The notes: a model not told the origin generated them from the sequence alone. 56,551 bases of DNA, filler included, from Stramenopiles sp. TOSAG23-3 (GCA_900128585.1; 4 parts of 4 records of this genome joined end to end with filler, not necessarily neighbours in it); one strand, 5' to 3'; numbered from the whole stretch's first letter, positions 38,920 through 49,093 are shown. A program made the numbers and translations.

Positions 38920-41853
38920 TTATACTTTTTTAAACCTTAGCAGCAGCGGCCTTCCCCCCTCCCGAATCTTCTGGTTTGCGTCCTTTACCGCAATGGATAG
39001 AACGACCTCGTCTTTGATGGCAATAAGTTTGTCCCCAACTTTGACTTTTTCGGTTCTCTCGGCAAACCCCCCCGGTTTTACACTCCGAACGACTACCCCA
39101 ACGTCCTGCACAGTGCCCAGCGCCAGGCCCAGCGGCCCTCGTGGAAATTCCACGTCGTACTCGTCCTTTGCCTGGTAGTCTATGCCGCCCTCCGCCGTCG
39201 TGCCGTTTTTGCTCGCTTCTTTCTCTGTTTCATCGACGTCGGGGATGTCGTCGTTGTGAAAGCCTTTGTTGAATTTTTTTAACAGTGCCTTTTTGTCCGC
39301 CCTCTTTTCCGCCCGATCGATGGCACTGCCAGGAATTTCTGCATCCATCGCGCCTCTCCAGCGGACGTCGCCGTCGCTCATTTCCGAACCTGCCGTGCTC
39401 GCCCGGCTGGCCCGGCTCGTGCTTTCTCTCGATTTGGGGTCCGTGGTGGATTCTCTAGACTCTACGTCTCCTCGTCTGCGCCCCTCATCGTCCTCGTCCT
39501 CTGCCGCTTCGTCCGTGGTCTTGTCCTTCTCCCCAACGGCCTGGCGGGCTTTCAGAATGGAAGAAAATTTAAGCAAGCCGCCCATTTGGGTGGCACCGCC
39601 CAGAGGGTTGTTCAGGCTACCCTCCCCGGCGGCGCCGCCGGCGCGTTTCCCGCCTAGCCTGCTCCGGAACGACCCAGCGGCCTGGTGGACGGCAGCCGCC
39701 GCCATGGCCCTGTGGGATGTCCTTGCCTTTTTTGCCCGGGCGGCCTTCACTGCAGCGGCACGGGCTTGGGCGGCTTTTCGTTCGGCATCCGTTGCGCCGG
39801 ACAGGACGTCGCCATGCGTGGTTTTCTTATGCTTGTGTGAGAACGAATTCAAAGCCAAGCGCTCCTTTGTCTTTTTCCCTTCCACCTTTTGGATCACATG
39901 GGCGACCTTCCCCCACCGATTTTCCCTGATCTGACTTTCTTCCAGGAGATCCTCCTCCCCCGCGCCTTCCTCTTCTTCGTCCTCGTTACCCTTCGATATG
40001 TCGTGCCAATGGCGGCCTTGGGCGAGGTAGCTAGGGTTGTGGTACGTGCGGTACCGTTTGGAAAAGAATGGGCCGACGTGTTTCTTCGGGGCATCGTCGT
40101 TTGGGGACCTTCGTTGGGCAGTGGCGTGGGGGATGACGTAGGCATTTTGATACGCGGCTTCCAGGCGTTTCAAGGTATTGTCCTCGACCCCTTTGCTGCG
40201 CAAAACGTAGGACGTGCCCTGCTGGTTGTTCTCGATCCCGTAGATCACCACCATGGTAGGGACCGCAAGTCTCCGAACGAACGTGTCATGGTGGCACAAG
40301 CACATCGCCATGCTTGGCAGCACCACCTCCCGGATCAAACAGGAGTGGTCGCGATACCCGTAGTGCCCCACTATGCTCTTCAACCCGATGAGCTGCGAGC
40401 AGATCCAGGAGGACGACGCAATGTTGTCGACAGAAGGGATGATCATCCGGGCAATCAGGTCAAGGCCAATACTCGGATGGTCCGCCATGTAGTGAAGCGC
40501 GTCCAGTGTCAAGGTCCCCATCTCGCTCTCTTCCATGTCCAGGGTGTTGTACGCGTCGTGCTTCAAATGGTCGATGAGCCTCGGGATTATTTGTATCGCG
40601 CCAATCGTCATGGTCAGTTTTGGTACATCCTTGAAAATGTCAAAATTTTCCCTATCGTCGATGTACTCCACCCCGCTCCCAGAGTTTGCGTTCTGCTTCT
40701 CTTCCAACTCCTCGTCGAGGGTTTTCTGTTCCAGTTTGGGTGCAGCCTTTTTTGTGTCCCCTGGAACGTGGTCTGATTTTTTAACCGGAACGGTGTACAG
40801 CGTAGAGATCAAATGCACGACCGCCCTGTAGGACCCTATCTCCAAAGAAAACTGGCTACTGGGGTCATGTTCCCAGCAGAAGTTAAGGCCCAGGATGAGG
40901 TGGCACAAGGAGACGCTCGAACGAAACATGTGGGTCGCGCCCGTCTGCAAGACCATGCCAGGCATGTGATGGTCCACCGCTTGGATGGCTAGCTTCCGTA
41001 GGGTGGGGTGCCCACTCAGCAAGCACTGGAACACGTAGTGCCCGAAAGTGCCCGCCAGCAAGTCGTGCTCGTGCTTTTGGATCGGGGTAAGTTCTGGAGG
41101 GTGCTGCACGCCATGAAAGCTGGACCAAACCCAGTCCTTCAATATTTCGTCCAAATGCCTCCGTTGGCTCGCCGCGGCAGTCTCGTTATAGTCTATTTGT
41201 ATTTCTGCGGGCTGTTCGCCCAGCTCTTCGTCTATTGATTTCTTCTCTTTCACCACGGCAAACGATTTCAACCGTTTCTGAGGCAGCAGCTCGTCCAAAT
41301 CCTCCTTCAGCAGCGATATTTCCTTGTCTCTGTGGGTCCTCATCTCTTCTTGCGCGCGCTGACGTCGCCCCATCGACTTTATCGCCTCCACGTCGTTCAA
41401 ATGCGTGTCGGCCGCAACGGTTAGCTGCTTTGAAGTCTCGTGGGCATCTTTCATGTTTTGGAGCTGTGTGATGCGCTTGCTTAGTCGAGTGGCCCGCACA
41501 ATGATTGTTTTCAATCGCCTGGCTTCAATAAAATCTTCTTTCGCAACCGCCTGCTTCTTCAACGCCCTTAGTTGTGTCAACGCATCGATGACGAACGGGT
41601 CGGTCGGATCGTTAGGCATCCGGCCGAGCGCATTCTTCAAGCGAGTGCTCTCTGCTTGAAACACCTCTTTAGACTGCGTGACGACGGAGAGAGGCAGCCC
41701 AAGCTCTAACAGCACGATATCGACATCGTCGTGTTCGCCCTTCTCCATGGTCGAAGTACCTAATTGCTTCATGTTCACCATGGCCTCCAAGTCAAACCCA
41801 CCTTTCGTCGACCCATTGATATCATCCCCACCTTCGTGGGAGCCGTAACTCAT
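38920..41853 (-). CDS. CEP104-related UVR coiled-coil plus TOG/HEAT protein with C-terminal PDZ domain
   Basis: LKKQAVAKEDFIEARRLK (UVR-like); FG..V.QCLLS....LRKLAI and L.H.D..VRRLAV (HEAT); YDVEFPRGPLGLAL...VVVRSVKPGGFAE...VKVGDKLIAI (PDZ). Confidence 0.75.
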   Translation of the reverse strand: MSYGSHEGGDDINGSTKGGFDLEAMVNMKQLGTSTMEKGEHDDVDIVLLELGLPLSVVTQSKEVFQAESTRLKNALGRMPNDPTDPFVIDALTQLRALKKQAVAKEDFIEARRLKTIIVRATRLSKRITQLQNMKDAHETSKQLTVAADTHLNDVEAIKSMGRRQRAQEEMRTHRDKEISLLKEDLDELLPQKRLKSFAVVKEKKSIDEELGEQPAEIQIDYNETAAASQRRHLDEILKDWVWSSFHGVQHPPELTPIQKHEHDLLAGTFGHYVFQCLLSGHPTLRKLAIQAVDHHMPGMVLQTGATHMFRSSVSLCHLILGLNFCWEHDPSSQFSLEIGSYRAVVHLISTLYTVPVKKSDHVPGDTKKAAPKLEQKTLDEELEEKQNANSGSGVEYIDDRENFDIFKDVPKLTMTIGAIQIIPRLIDHLKHDAYNTLDMEESEMGTLTLDALHYMADHPSIGLDLIARMIIPSVDNIASSSWICSQLIGLKSIVGHYGYRDHSCLIREVVLPSMAMCLCHHDTFVRRLAVPTMVVIYGIENNQQGTSYVLRSKGVEDNTLKRLEAAYQNAYVIPHATAQRRSPNDDAPKKHVGPFFSKRYRTYHNPSYLAQGRHWHDISKGNEDEEEEGAGEEDLLEESQIRENRWGKVAHVIQKVEGKKTKERLALNSFSHKHKKTTHGDVLSGATDAERKAAQARAAAVKAARAKKARTSHRAMAAAAVHQAAGSFRSRLGGKRAGGAAGEGSLNNPLGGATQMGGLLKFSSILKARQAVGEKDKTTDEAAEDEDDEGRRRGDVESRESTTDPKSRESTSRASRASTAGSEMSDGDVRWRGAMDAEIPGSAIDRAEKRADKKALLKKFNKGFHNDDIPDVDETEKEASKNGTTAEGGIDYQAKDEYDVEFPRGPLGLALGTVQDVGVVVRSVKPGGFAERTEKVKVGDKLIAIKDEVVLSIAVKDANQKIREGGRPLLLRFKKV

Positions 41854-41914
41854 GTTTTTGTGGATGGCGCGAAACGTTCTTCAGACAGCACTATGGCAGA
41901 AAGGTTTTGAATCG

Positions 41915-42000
41915 ATCTGTAAACGAACGCACGGATACCACCAAGACAACAACAATCTGTAACCGAACGCACGGATACCACCAAGGCAACAATAATCTGT
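41915..42000. repeat. 40-bp tandem repeat (two full copies plus a start of a third)
   Basis: atctgtaa[a/c]cgaacgcacggataccaccaag[a/g]caacaa[c/t]a at 41915 and 41955; atctgt again at 41995. Confidence 0.92.
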
Positions 42001-42488
42001 GAAGGACTCATTATCATTTTCAAACATATTGCCAAACATGGGATCATTGGAATGCATTTATTGATATGTTGAACAAGATCTTGACGAAGAAACCGACAGT
42101 TCTTTCAAATTTATTATTATACAAATAGAAAGGAGTTTCATTTATGTTTTGAATACAGTCTGACAATAGGCAATACAAAGTTAATAATAAGAGGAAGATG
42201 ATGAAAGAGGAGAAATATGATAGAACGACTATGATGAGATACCAATACCAAGAAATAATATATATTTACAACTCCTCCGCCACCATGAATCCATGGCATG
42301 TATGAGTGAGAAGTAAAATAAATAAATGTAACTAGGTATATGTTCAACAATGAAGAGATTCGATTGTAACAATTTATAGTAGGGTCTAGTATGAAATCGT
42401 TTAAATATAATTTTCTTTGAGAACGCGGCGTTTCAAATTCGACACCATTGAAAGTCGGCCATTACCCGCTTTGTCTACGAACTATTCT

Positions 42489-43322
42489 ATGGGTAGGAAA
42501 AAAAAGAAAAGAAAGGGTAGACGTTCGCAGGCCGAAGACCTTCAGAGGATTAAAAAAAAAACACTTTTCAGAGGGGGCGATAACAGTTCCTTGCCAACTT
42601 TTGATTCCCATCGGCCGGTTACGCTTCCCAATCTTGTTCGAAGCCTGGCAAATATACCATTAGAAAAAACTACGAAAAAGAAGAAGCGGAAGAAAAAGCA
42701 AGACGTCATTCTTTCGAACCGACTAGCGGCTTCTGGACTCAAACACTTCAAGGGAAGCTTTCTTGCAAAGAATGCTGCCTATTTGGATAAATTCGACACC
42801 ACTGCTGGGAAAGGACGGGAGAATTCTCCCCCCGCGACCCCGAGGGTTCGCGGGCGAATGCTCAAAATGAAAAGACCAGACCTGGCTCCCCCGATTCCTG
42901 CTAGGGGCATCATGAAATTGCGCTGTTCCAAAAATCAAACTCTTCAATTAAAAAGTTTAGGCTGTTCGTATGTTCCAAACGAGATGTTGGCGGAAGATGA
43001 GAAGGCCAAGGAATGGTTGAAAAAAAATAGAAACTGCGATCTTTTCATGAAAAAAGTAGATCCTACGATAGACGAAAATGCGTATTCCATAAACGAAGAA
43101 GCACAGTTGGCGGACTCCTCATCCCACATGTTCGGTGTTCACTTTCGTGGCGCCTTGTTCATACCGAACGGTTCTACCTGGGACGGCAACAAGCTACTGA
43201 AGGTAAGGGCCGAAGCTCGCAGAAGGATGAAAAAATACGAAAAGAAGAAGAAGAAGGCGAGAAGGGAACAGCGGCGGCGGGATCGAAACGAAAAGTTCTT
43301 GTTGAGTGGAGGGGTGCTGTAA
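42489..43322 (+). CDS. Hypothetical Lys/Arg-rich protein
   Basis: ATG-initiated 277-aa ORF with several NLS-like basic runs; family not recognised. Confidence 0.7.
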   Translation: MGRKKKKRKGRRSQAEDLQRIKKKTLFRGGDNSSLPTFDSHRPVTLPNLVRSLANIPLEKTTKKKKRKKKQDVILSNRLAASGLKHFKGSFLAKNAAYLDKFDTTAGKGRENSPPATPRVRGRMLKMKRPDLAPPIPARGIMKLRCSKNQTLQLKSLGCSYVPNEMLAEDEKAKEWLKKNRNCDLFMKKVDPTIDENAYSINEEAQLADSSSHMFGVHFRGALFIPNGSTWDGNKLLKVRAEARRRMKKYEKKKKKARREQRRRDRNEKFLLSGGVL

Positions 43323-43380
43323 TCCAAAAGTGGGAAGTGGGAGTTGATGTGTTTATATTTTTTAAATAAATTATTTTGTT

Positions 43381-43507
43381 TCCATCCATATTTGTAGTAT
43401 ATATAGCGTTTATAATTTGTTTTTATACAATAACGTTTTGCTCAGACGAGTAATGAGTCTTCAGTTAAAATGTACATTTTGATGATTGATGATAATGTTT
43501 TTTAATC
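43381..43507 (+). repeat. Left copy of ~130-bp direct repeat flanking LRR gene 2
   Basis: tccatccatatttgtagtatat...ctcagacgagtaatgagtct...gataatgttttttaatc; matches 44819-44949. Confidence 0.95.
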
Positions 43508-43892
43508 GGCAGTTGTGAAGTCTGAAGAAGAAACAAATCAATCATCGATCAAATTCAAATCGATCAAATCGGAAGTCTAAACCAACAGTCACATTTCAAT
43601 AACAAAAGACCCACGCTTCACGCCAACTGGACATCGACAAACCCTTCGACCACGCTTGCCTGGCTCCTTTGCCGTAAGAAAATGAAACACGGATTACCAT
43701 AGAGCATAGCCATTAAACCTAAAACCTATTCGAGGATATGCCTTTGCGTTTTTTGATGATTCAATTCATTTTGTTTCCCCTTTCGTTGTTAATTAAAAAT
43801 AAATAAAATTAAAAAAAGTTATGATAATTAAAAGTCTTATCTTGCTCGTTAAACGGACGATCGTCGGTTCTCAAGTCGTTGTCGGAATTTGC

Positions 43893-44729
43893 TTAATAAT
43901 AATCCAGATCCGTACTAGTAAACAAATCCGTATCATAGTACGTTCTTTCTTGGCAATCTAACCGAGATAAATGAACATCTAAGTGATACTTACTCTTTCC
44001 TTTAGCCTCCCAAACTCTTCCGAATTTGTTTTTTAATTCAGGTGAGATATTGGTGTTATCTTCCAACCAAAGATCAGTCAATGATGGTAATGAACCATTC
44101 TCAACTAGCTCAAGAAGACCTTGACAACCAACATTACCAATCTTATTACCATTCAAACCAAGAGAATCCAACGATACCATCTCTGGTAGGACCTTACAAA
44201 TTGAAGCAATGCCATTATCTCCAATATTGTTGTAAGACAAAGAAAGAAACCTTAAGTTTGTCATTGTTGGTAAGGCCGAAGCGATTGTTCGGCAGCCTTC
44301 ATCTCCAATATTGTTTTTAGACAAATAAAGCCTCTTCAAGTTTGTCATTGTTCTTAAGGCCGGAGCGATTGTTCGGCAGCCTTCATCTCCAATATTGTTT
44401 GTAGACAAATAAAGCTTCTCCAAGCTTGTCATTGTTCTTAAAGCGGGCGCTACGAATTGAAGTCCTTCATCTCCGTACTGGTTTTGGTTCAAATACAGTA
44501 GAATCAACCCCGTCATTTTCATTAACGCTGGCGCAAGTATTTTACACCCTTCGGGAGTGATCTTCTTCCCGGAAATATCCAACGGCCCCGTGAACCCCTC
44601 GCCTTTCTTCATCAAGTCCGCTTTATCCTTCCCGACGACCCTTTCCACGGCGTCCCAATCAACGTCCGTGAAGCCTTCAGGTTTTGGGACCGTGGGCGCA
44701 TTGTCTTGAGTGGTTGCTAAGGAGGCCAT
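43893..44729 (-). CDS. RNI-type leucine-rich repeat protein (LRR gene 2)
   Basis: 28-aa repeats L..LYLS.NNIGDEGCRTIA.AL.TMTN; near-identical 84-bp units around 44254-44470; first ATG at 44729. Confidence 0.9.
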   Translation of the reverse strand: MASLATTQDNAPTVPKPEGFTDVDWDAVERVVGKDKADLMKKGEGFTGPLDISGKKITPEGCKILAPALMKMTGLILLYLNQNQYGDEGLQFVAPALRTMTSLEKLYLSTNNIGDEGCRTIAPALRTMTNLKRLYLSKNNIGDEGCRTIASALPTMTNLRFLSLSYNNIGDNGIASICKVLPEMVSLDSLGLNGNKIGNVGCQGLLELVENGSLPSLTDLWLEDNTNISPELKNKFGRVWEAKGKSKYHLDVHLSRLDCQERTYYDTDLFTSTDLDYY

Positions 44730-44818
44730 TTTTCTTTTCAAGCGTTCTTCTTCTTCGAATCAATTATTTAACAGAACCAAGAACATTTTCTACTCTTTTG
44801 CTTGTTCAACATTCTCTC

Positions 44819-44949
44819 TCCATCCATATTTGTAGTATATTTAGAACGTTTATAATTTGTTTTTATACAATAACGTTTTGCTCAGACGAGTAATGAGTCT
44901 TTAGTTAAAATGTACATTTTGATGATATTGATGATAATGTTTTTTAATC
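44819..44949 (+). repeat. Right copy of ~130-bp direct repeat flanking LRR gene 2
   Basis: Differs from 43381-43507 by about two substitutions and two 2-nt insertions. Confidence 0.95.
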
Positions 44950-45393
44950 ATCATCATCCGTTAACGAACTATAACTAAAATATGTTTATGATCAGAGGAC
45001 CTCCTCCTAATACCAATTGGTATTTACCGTAGATCTAGTACTACGGCGAACCATTAATAATTTGAGTATAATACAAAAAAAGGCTTTTTTCTCCCCCTCC
45101 TCTCTCCTCTTTAAATAAAAAAAAATTATTATTATTATTTTGTTTCCGTCCTCCTTCCTCCTTTCAGTCTTTATTAGTTAAAATATTATGCATTTTCTTT
45201 TCTTCTGATTATTATATACCAGTATTATTTTTTTATCCTCACTCAGCTGTAATACCAAAGTACAGTAATCCTCGTGCATTCGCATACATTACACTGGTCT
45301 AACACTCCCCCAAAAAATCATTGAAACCCCCAAACCCAACCAATGCTTGGGTGAACTTCTTTCACAACGACCGCCTGCGCGCTCCTTGTCATC

Positions 45394-47280
45394 ATGGGAT
45401 GCATACATTCTGCCGCGGCAGAGACGCCCCACGGGCTTCACTACAAGGATGTCCATCGACTGCGATCTCAAAGTCAGTACGGGAAGGTGCTGAGGGGTAA
45501 GCAGGTGTCCGAGCGAAAGCGCCGCTCTTCAACACAGGGGAAGGCACGTTACATCAAGCATTTCCAATCCGACACCAAAACGTTCAACAGTGTTTATGAT
45601 GGAGACCCGAAAGACCGAAAATTGCGGTTGGGCAAAGGCGTCGAAGGATCGGTGTTTAAGGCCAAACATAAACTTTCCGGCCTTGATGTTGCAGTAAAAG
45701 TGTTGAACAAGGCATTCCTTGACGACGAAGAGGCGAGACTATTGCGGAAAGAGGTTGAGATGCTGTCTTTGTTGGACCACCCTAACGTTTTGCGGATCAT
45801 CGAAAGCTATGAAGACAGCCAGCGGATCTTTTTGGTAAACGAATACTGCACAGGTGGGGCGTTGAGCAAGGCGGTTAATTTATCTGTCGATCCAACCAAA
45901 TTTTCGTTGAACGACCTATTGAAGGGGCCGTTCCAACGGAAGAAAGGTCTGCAAGAGGGCGAAGTCCAGCACATCATCGCCCAAATCTCGGAAGCGCTGG
46001 CGTATTTGCACAAACGAAACATGGCGCACCGAGACTTGAAGTTGGACAACATCATGATCCTTGAACCACGCCAATCCGACCAGCCAATTTCACAATGTAC
46101 CGTGAAGGTCATCGATTTTGGCTTCACTGAGCAGTACAACGAAACGCAGACAGCCAATGTTCGCAACCAGATGGCCGCCTCTTTTAAATCGCACGGCGTA
46201 GTGGGCACAGGCCCATTCATGGCCCCGGAAATTGCCAGCGAGTATCATCGCGTGTTCGCTGGAACAGAGTCCTGCCTTAACGTTCACAAGTACGACCCAC
46301 AAAAGACGGACTGTTGGGCACTGGGGGTAATTGCGTACACCCTCCTTGCGAGGGCATTGCCGTTTCCAGACATTCACGACGGCGAGTTTTTGAAAAAAGT
46401 GAAGAATTACACTCTGGACTTTCGCAAAGGGGTGTGGAAAGGGATCAGCGAGGACGCCAAAGATTTTATCCAGGGTTTGTTGGTGGTCGACCCTCTCGGG
46501 CGAATGTCTATGATGGAAGCCCTGAAACACACTTGGCTAAGTTCAGCCAAGGGCTCGCTTTCGACAGGGGCGGACGGGGGGGCATTCAGCTTGGCATGCT
46601 TTGACGCGTACTGCAACAATTTGTGTCCCTTTCGACGGGCGTTGATCCACCATTTGGCGATTTTTTGCCCGAAAAGAGAAACCGCGCGGTTGGCACAAAT
46701 GTTTCGATTGCTCGACATCGAAGGCAATGGGATCGTTACTGCTACCGAGTTGACGCAAGTACTCGTGACGGTCTCGGGGAAAACAATAGCCGAGGCTGTA
46801 AGCGAAATCGATAGGTACCGCCCCTGCATTTTTGGCACTAGCGGGGAACTGACATTTACACGGTTCTTGGCGGCGCAAATTTCAATGAAGCGCTTTCTTG
46901 AGAATGAATTGTTCTTAGAGATGCTTGGGATGTTATTTTCTCAGATTGACAGCGACCAAGACGGTTTCATCAGCGCGGATGATATGTTTGATGCTCTTGT
47001 TGCTACGGAAGACATTACCTCCTGCTGGTCCAACTTGATCATCGAAATGGTCGAATTCCTTGCTCCCGAAGAGATTGACCCAACAAAGAGCATGGTCGAC
47101 TTTGAAGCTTTTCAAAAATTTTTCAAGTTTACCGAGCGCCCCCCGCACGAAGGGGCTGCGCGAAGCTTCCTCTGCCATGACGGCTCTGTATTCCTTACCC
47201 CAGCGAACTTTGTGAGAGAAGCCACTTCGGACGACATGCTGTTACCTGCTGTGTACGAAGTAAATTTGGAAATCAAATAA
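45394..47280 (+). CDS. Calcium-dependent protein kinase-like (kinase plus EF-hands)
   Basis: MGC acylation start; LGKGVEGSV, VAVK, HRDLKLDN, DFG, APE, DCWALG; EF loops DIEGNGIVTATE and DSDQDGFISADD. Confidence 0.92.
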   Translation: MGCIHSAAAETPHGLHYKDVHRLRSQSQYGKVLRGKQVSERKRRSSTQGKARYIKHFQSDTKTFNSVYDGDPKDRKLRLGKGVEGSVFKAKHKLSGLDVAVKVLNKAFLDDEEARLLRKEVEMLSLLDHPNVLRIIESYEDSQRIFLVNEYCTGGALSKAVNLSVDPTKFSLNDLLKGPFQRKKGLQEGEVQHIIAQISEALAYLHKRNMAHRDLKLDNIMILEPRQSDQPISQCTVKVIDFGFTEQYNETQTANVRNQMAASFKSHGVVGTGPFMAPEIASEYHRVFAGTESCLNVHKYDPQKTDCWALGVIAYTLLARALPFPDIHDGEFLKKVKNYTLDFRKGVWKGISEDAKDFIQGLLVVDPLGRMSMMEALKHTWLSSAKGSLSTGADGGAFSLACFDAYCNNLCPFRRALIHHLAIFCPKRETARLAQMFRLLDIEGNGIVTATELTQVLVTVSGKTIAEAVSEIDRYRPCIFGTSGELTFTRFLAAQISMKRFLENELFLEMLGMLFSQIDSDQDGFISADDMFDALVATEDITSCWSNLIIEMVEFLAPEEIDPTKSMVDFEAFQKFFKFTERPPHEGAARSFLCHDGSVFLTPANFVREATSDDMLLPAVYEVNLEIK

Positions 47281-47282
47281 TT

Positions 47283-47384
47283 TAAAAACAAGAAAATTGG
47301 CTGTTATTTATAAGTAATGAAAATTAATGTACTGCGAATTGAAATCTCAAATAATTTTTTAAAACAAAAACTTTGGCTGTTATT
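47283..47384 (+). repeat. Dispersed motif copy 5 with ~63-bp extension, plus degenerate copy 6
   Basis: taaaaacaagaaaattggctgttat...taagtaatgaaaattaatgtactgcgaattgaaatct, then taaaacaaaaactttggctgttat. Confidence 0.88.
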
Positions 47385-48162
47385 TCAAAAAGTAATTAAT
47401 AAAATTGTCATGTCGTCCACAACCGACCATCAGTCTGAGTTGACAAATATCATTAATTTGAGAACACAGATAATTGGATATCACCATACTAGTCATATAA
47501 TTTGTTTTTCACCATGCTATGTTTCCAAAGGGTTCTACTTCGGCTGACGATTTTACCTTTTGTCCATTGTTCGTTCATTGGCACCAGACCTTGGTTGACG
47601 TTTTTGAGAGAGAGAAATGGTAGGAGTCTCCTATATTTTTTTTATTAAATAAATACTACATCATAGTCGTCTAATATTGCTTTTATATATTTTTAGAGAT
47701 TTCTTTAAAAGTTTGTGTCTTATTATTCTTCTTGTAAGTGGCAGTAAGAGATCTATTAATATATTATAATAAAATATATGATGAGTCTATTAGTTTTAAC
47801 GTATTCTTTTTCTTTTCTTCTTCTGATTATTTTGGATGATGATGATGTTTTTTAATCCGTTGATGTACCGTATAGAATTTATATAAGCAATATTTGCAAC
47901 AAAATAAAAAACTACTTTTATAATTGGGTGAACGAAATGAATTAATATAAAAAATTTGAGAAGCACGCCGTAAAGAAAAAATATTATATATATATATAAT
48001 AATAAAATATTAATACGCAAACGCCCATTTATTTTGATACACGAAGGATTATATGGTCACTGAACAGTCCTATCGGTCTTTCGTTGCCAACGCTTTTTTT
48101 TAAAGCATGGATTAAATCGATTAGGTGAAAACAAAAACAAAGAACATTTGGCGCCGTGTGGG

Positions 48163-48909
48163 ATGGGCAAAAAGAAAAGGGTAAAACCCAACAGCAAATA
48201 CCGCAATGACTCCGACTCCCTCCCTAACATTCTCGCCAAGGACTTTTTCCCAGTAGCAACACTGCCGTTAGAAAGGCAACCGCTGATTACCAACCCGATG
48301 TATCGGTGCTGTGGGAACGACTTTTTAGAGCCTAGTCCTATTACTGCTCAAGTATGGCTTGGAGATTTGAAGGATGCAAATAACCTTGGGAAATTGCAAC
48401 AGCTCGGTATAACGCACATCATGAACGTTACCGAAAAATCGCCTTCTTTTCCGGACGATTTTCAATACTTTAGTCTGTCAATCCATGATCAACCTAATGT
48501 AAAAATTTCTAATTTCTTCAAGGAAGGGGCTGAGTGGATCAAGGACGCCATTACGAAACGACAAGAAGATGGGCAGGTCGGCAAAGTCCTTATCCACTGC
48601 AGGGCAGGGGTAAGCAGGTCTGTCACGATGTGCGCGGCGTACCTGATGCTGATTGAAGGCATGCAGCTTCATAGTGCCGTCGAGTGGATGTATCACCAAC
48701 GCCCGGTCATTTGCCCAAACGAGGGCTTTAAATTACAATTGGCAAAATTTGAGGTCGAATTGTACATGTCTTCTTCGGTTGTGTTGAGTGGAAAGCCTCG
48801 CTGGAATTTCTATGAGTTGAACAGGATCAAACAAGAAAAAAAGTGGAAGAACATTGCGATGCCACCCGACTACCCCGTAATTAAATATCCGTGCTGCACA
48901 TTGATGTGA
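48163..48909 (+). CDS. Dual-specificity protein phosphatase with C-terminal CaaX box
   Basis: LGITHIMNVT, general-acid D (IHDQP), VLIHCRAGVSRSVTMCAAYLM, RP.ICPNEGF..QL; ends CCTLM. Confidence 0.92.
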   Translation: MGKKKRVKPNSKYRNDSDSLPNILAKDFFPVATLPLERQPLITNPMYRCCGNDFLEPSPITAQVWLGDLKDANNLGKLQQLGITHIMNVTEKSPSFPDDFQYFSLSIHDQPNVKISNFFKEGAEWIKDAITKRQEDGQVGKVLIHCRAGVSRSVTMCAAYLMLIEGMQLHSAVEWMYHQRPVICPNEGFKLQLAKFEVELYMSSSVVLSGKPRWNFYELNRIKQEKKWKNIAMPPDYPVIKYPCCTLM

Positions 48910-49093
48910 AACGAAATGTACGATGGATGATCTAAGAATTTGAGTGCGCTCTTGACCGGTGTAAATAATTACTCTCGCGTAATGTAGATTTTTGTAGAGG
49001 TGTGATGCAGGGAGTAGGGAGGTAATCTTTAATTTTATCTCTCTTAGGTAGGCATATCTTTCATATTTGGGCTTGCCTGGGGCCCGCCTTGCC

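Noticed and set aside
43478-43525. Possible box C/D snoRNA (TGATGA...CTGA)
   Set aside because: Too short, no terminal stem, and TGATGA is abundant in these spacers.
43381-44949. LTR retrotransposon or TRIM interpretation of the direct repeats
   Set aside because: No TG...CA termini, primer-binding site, polypurine tract, gag/pol or flanking short target duplication seen; kept as an unexplained cassette instead.
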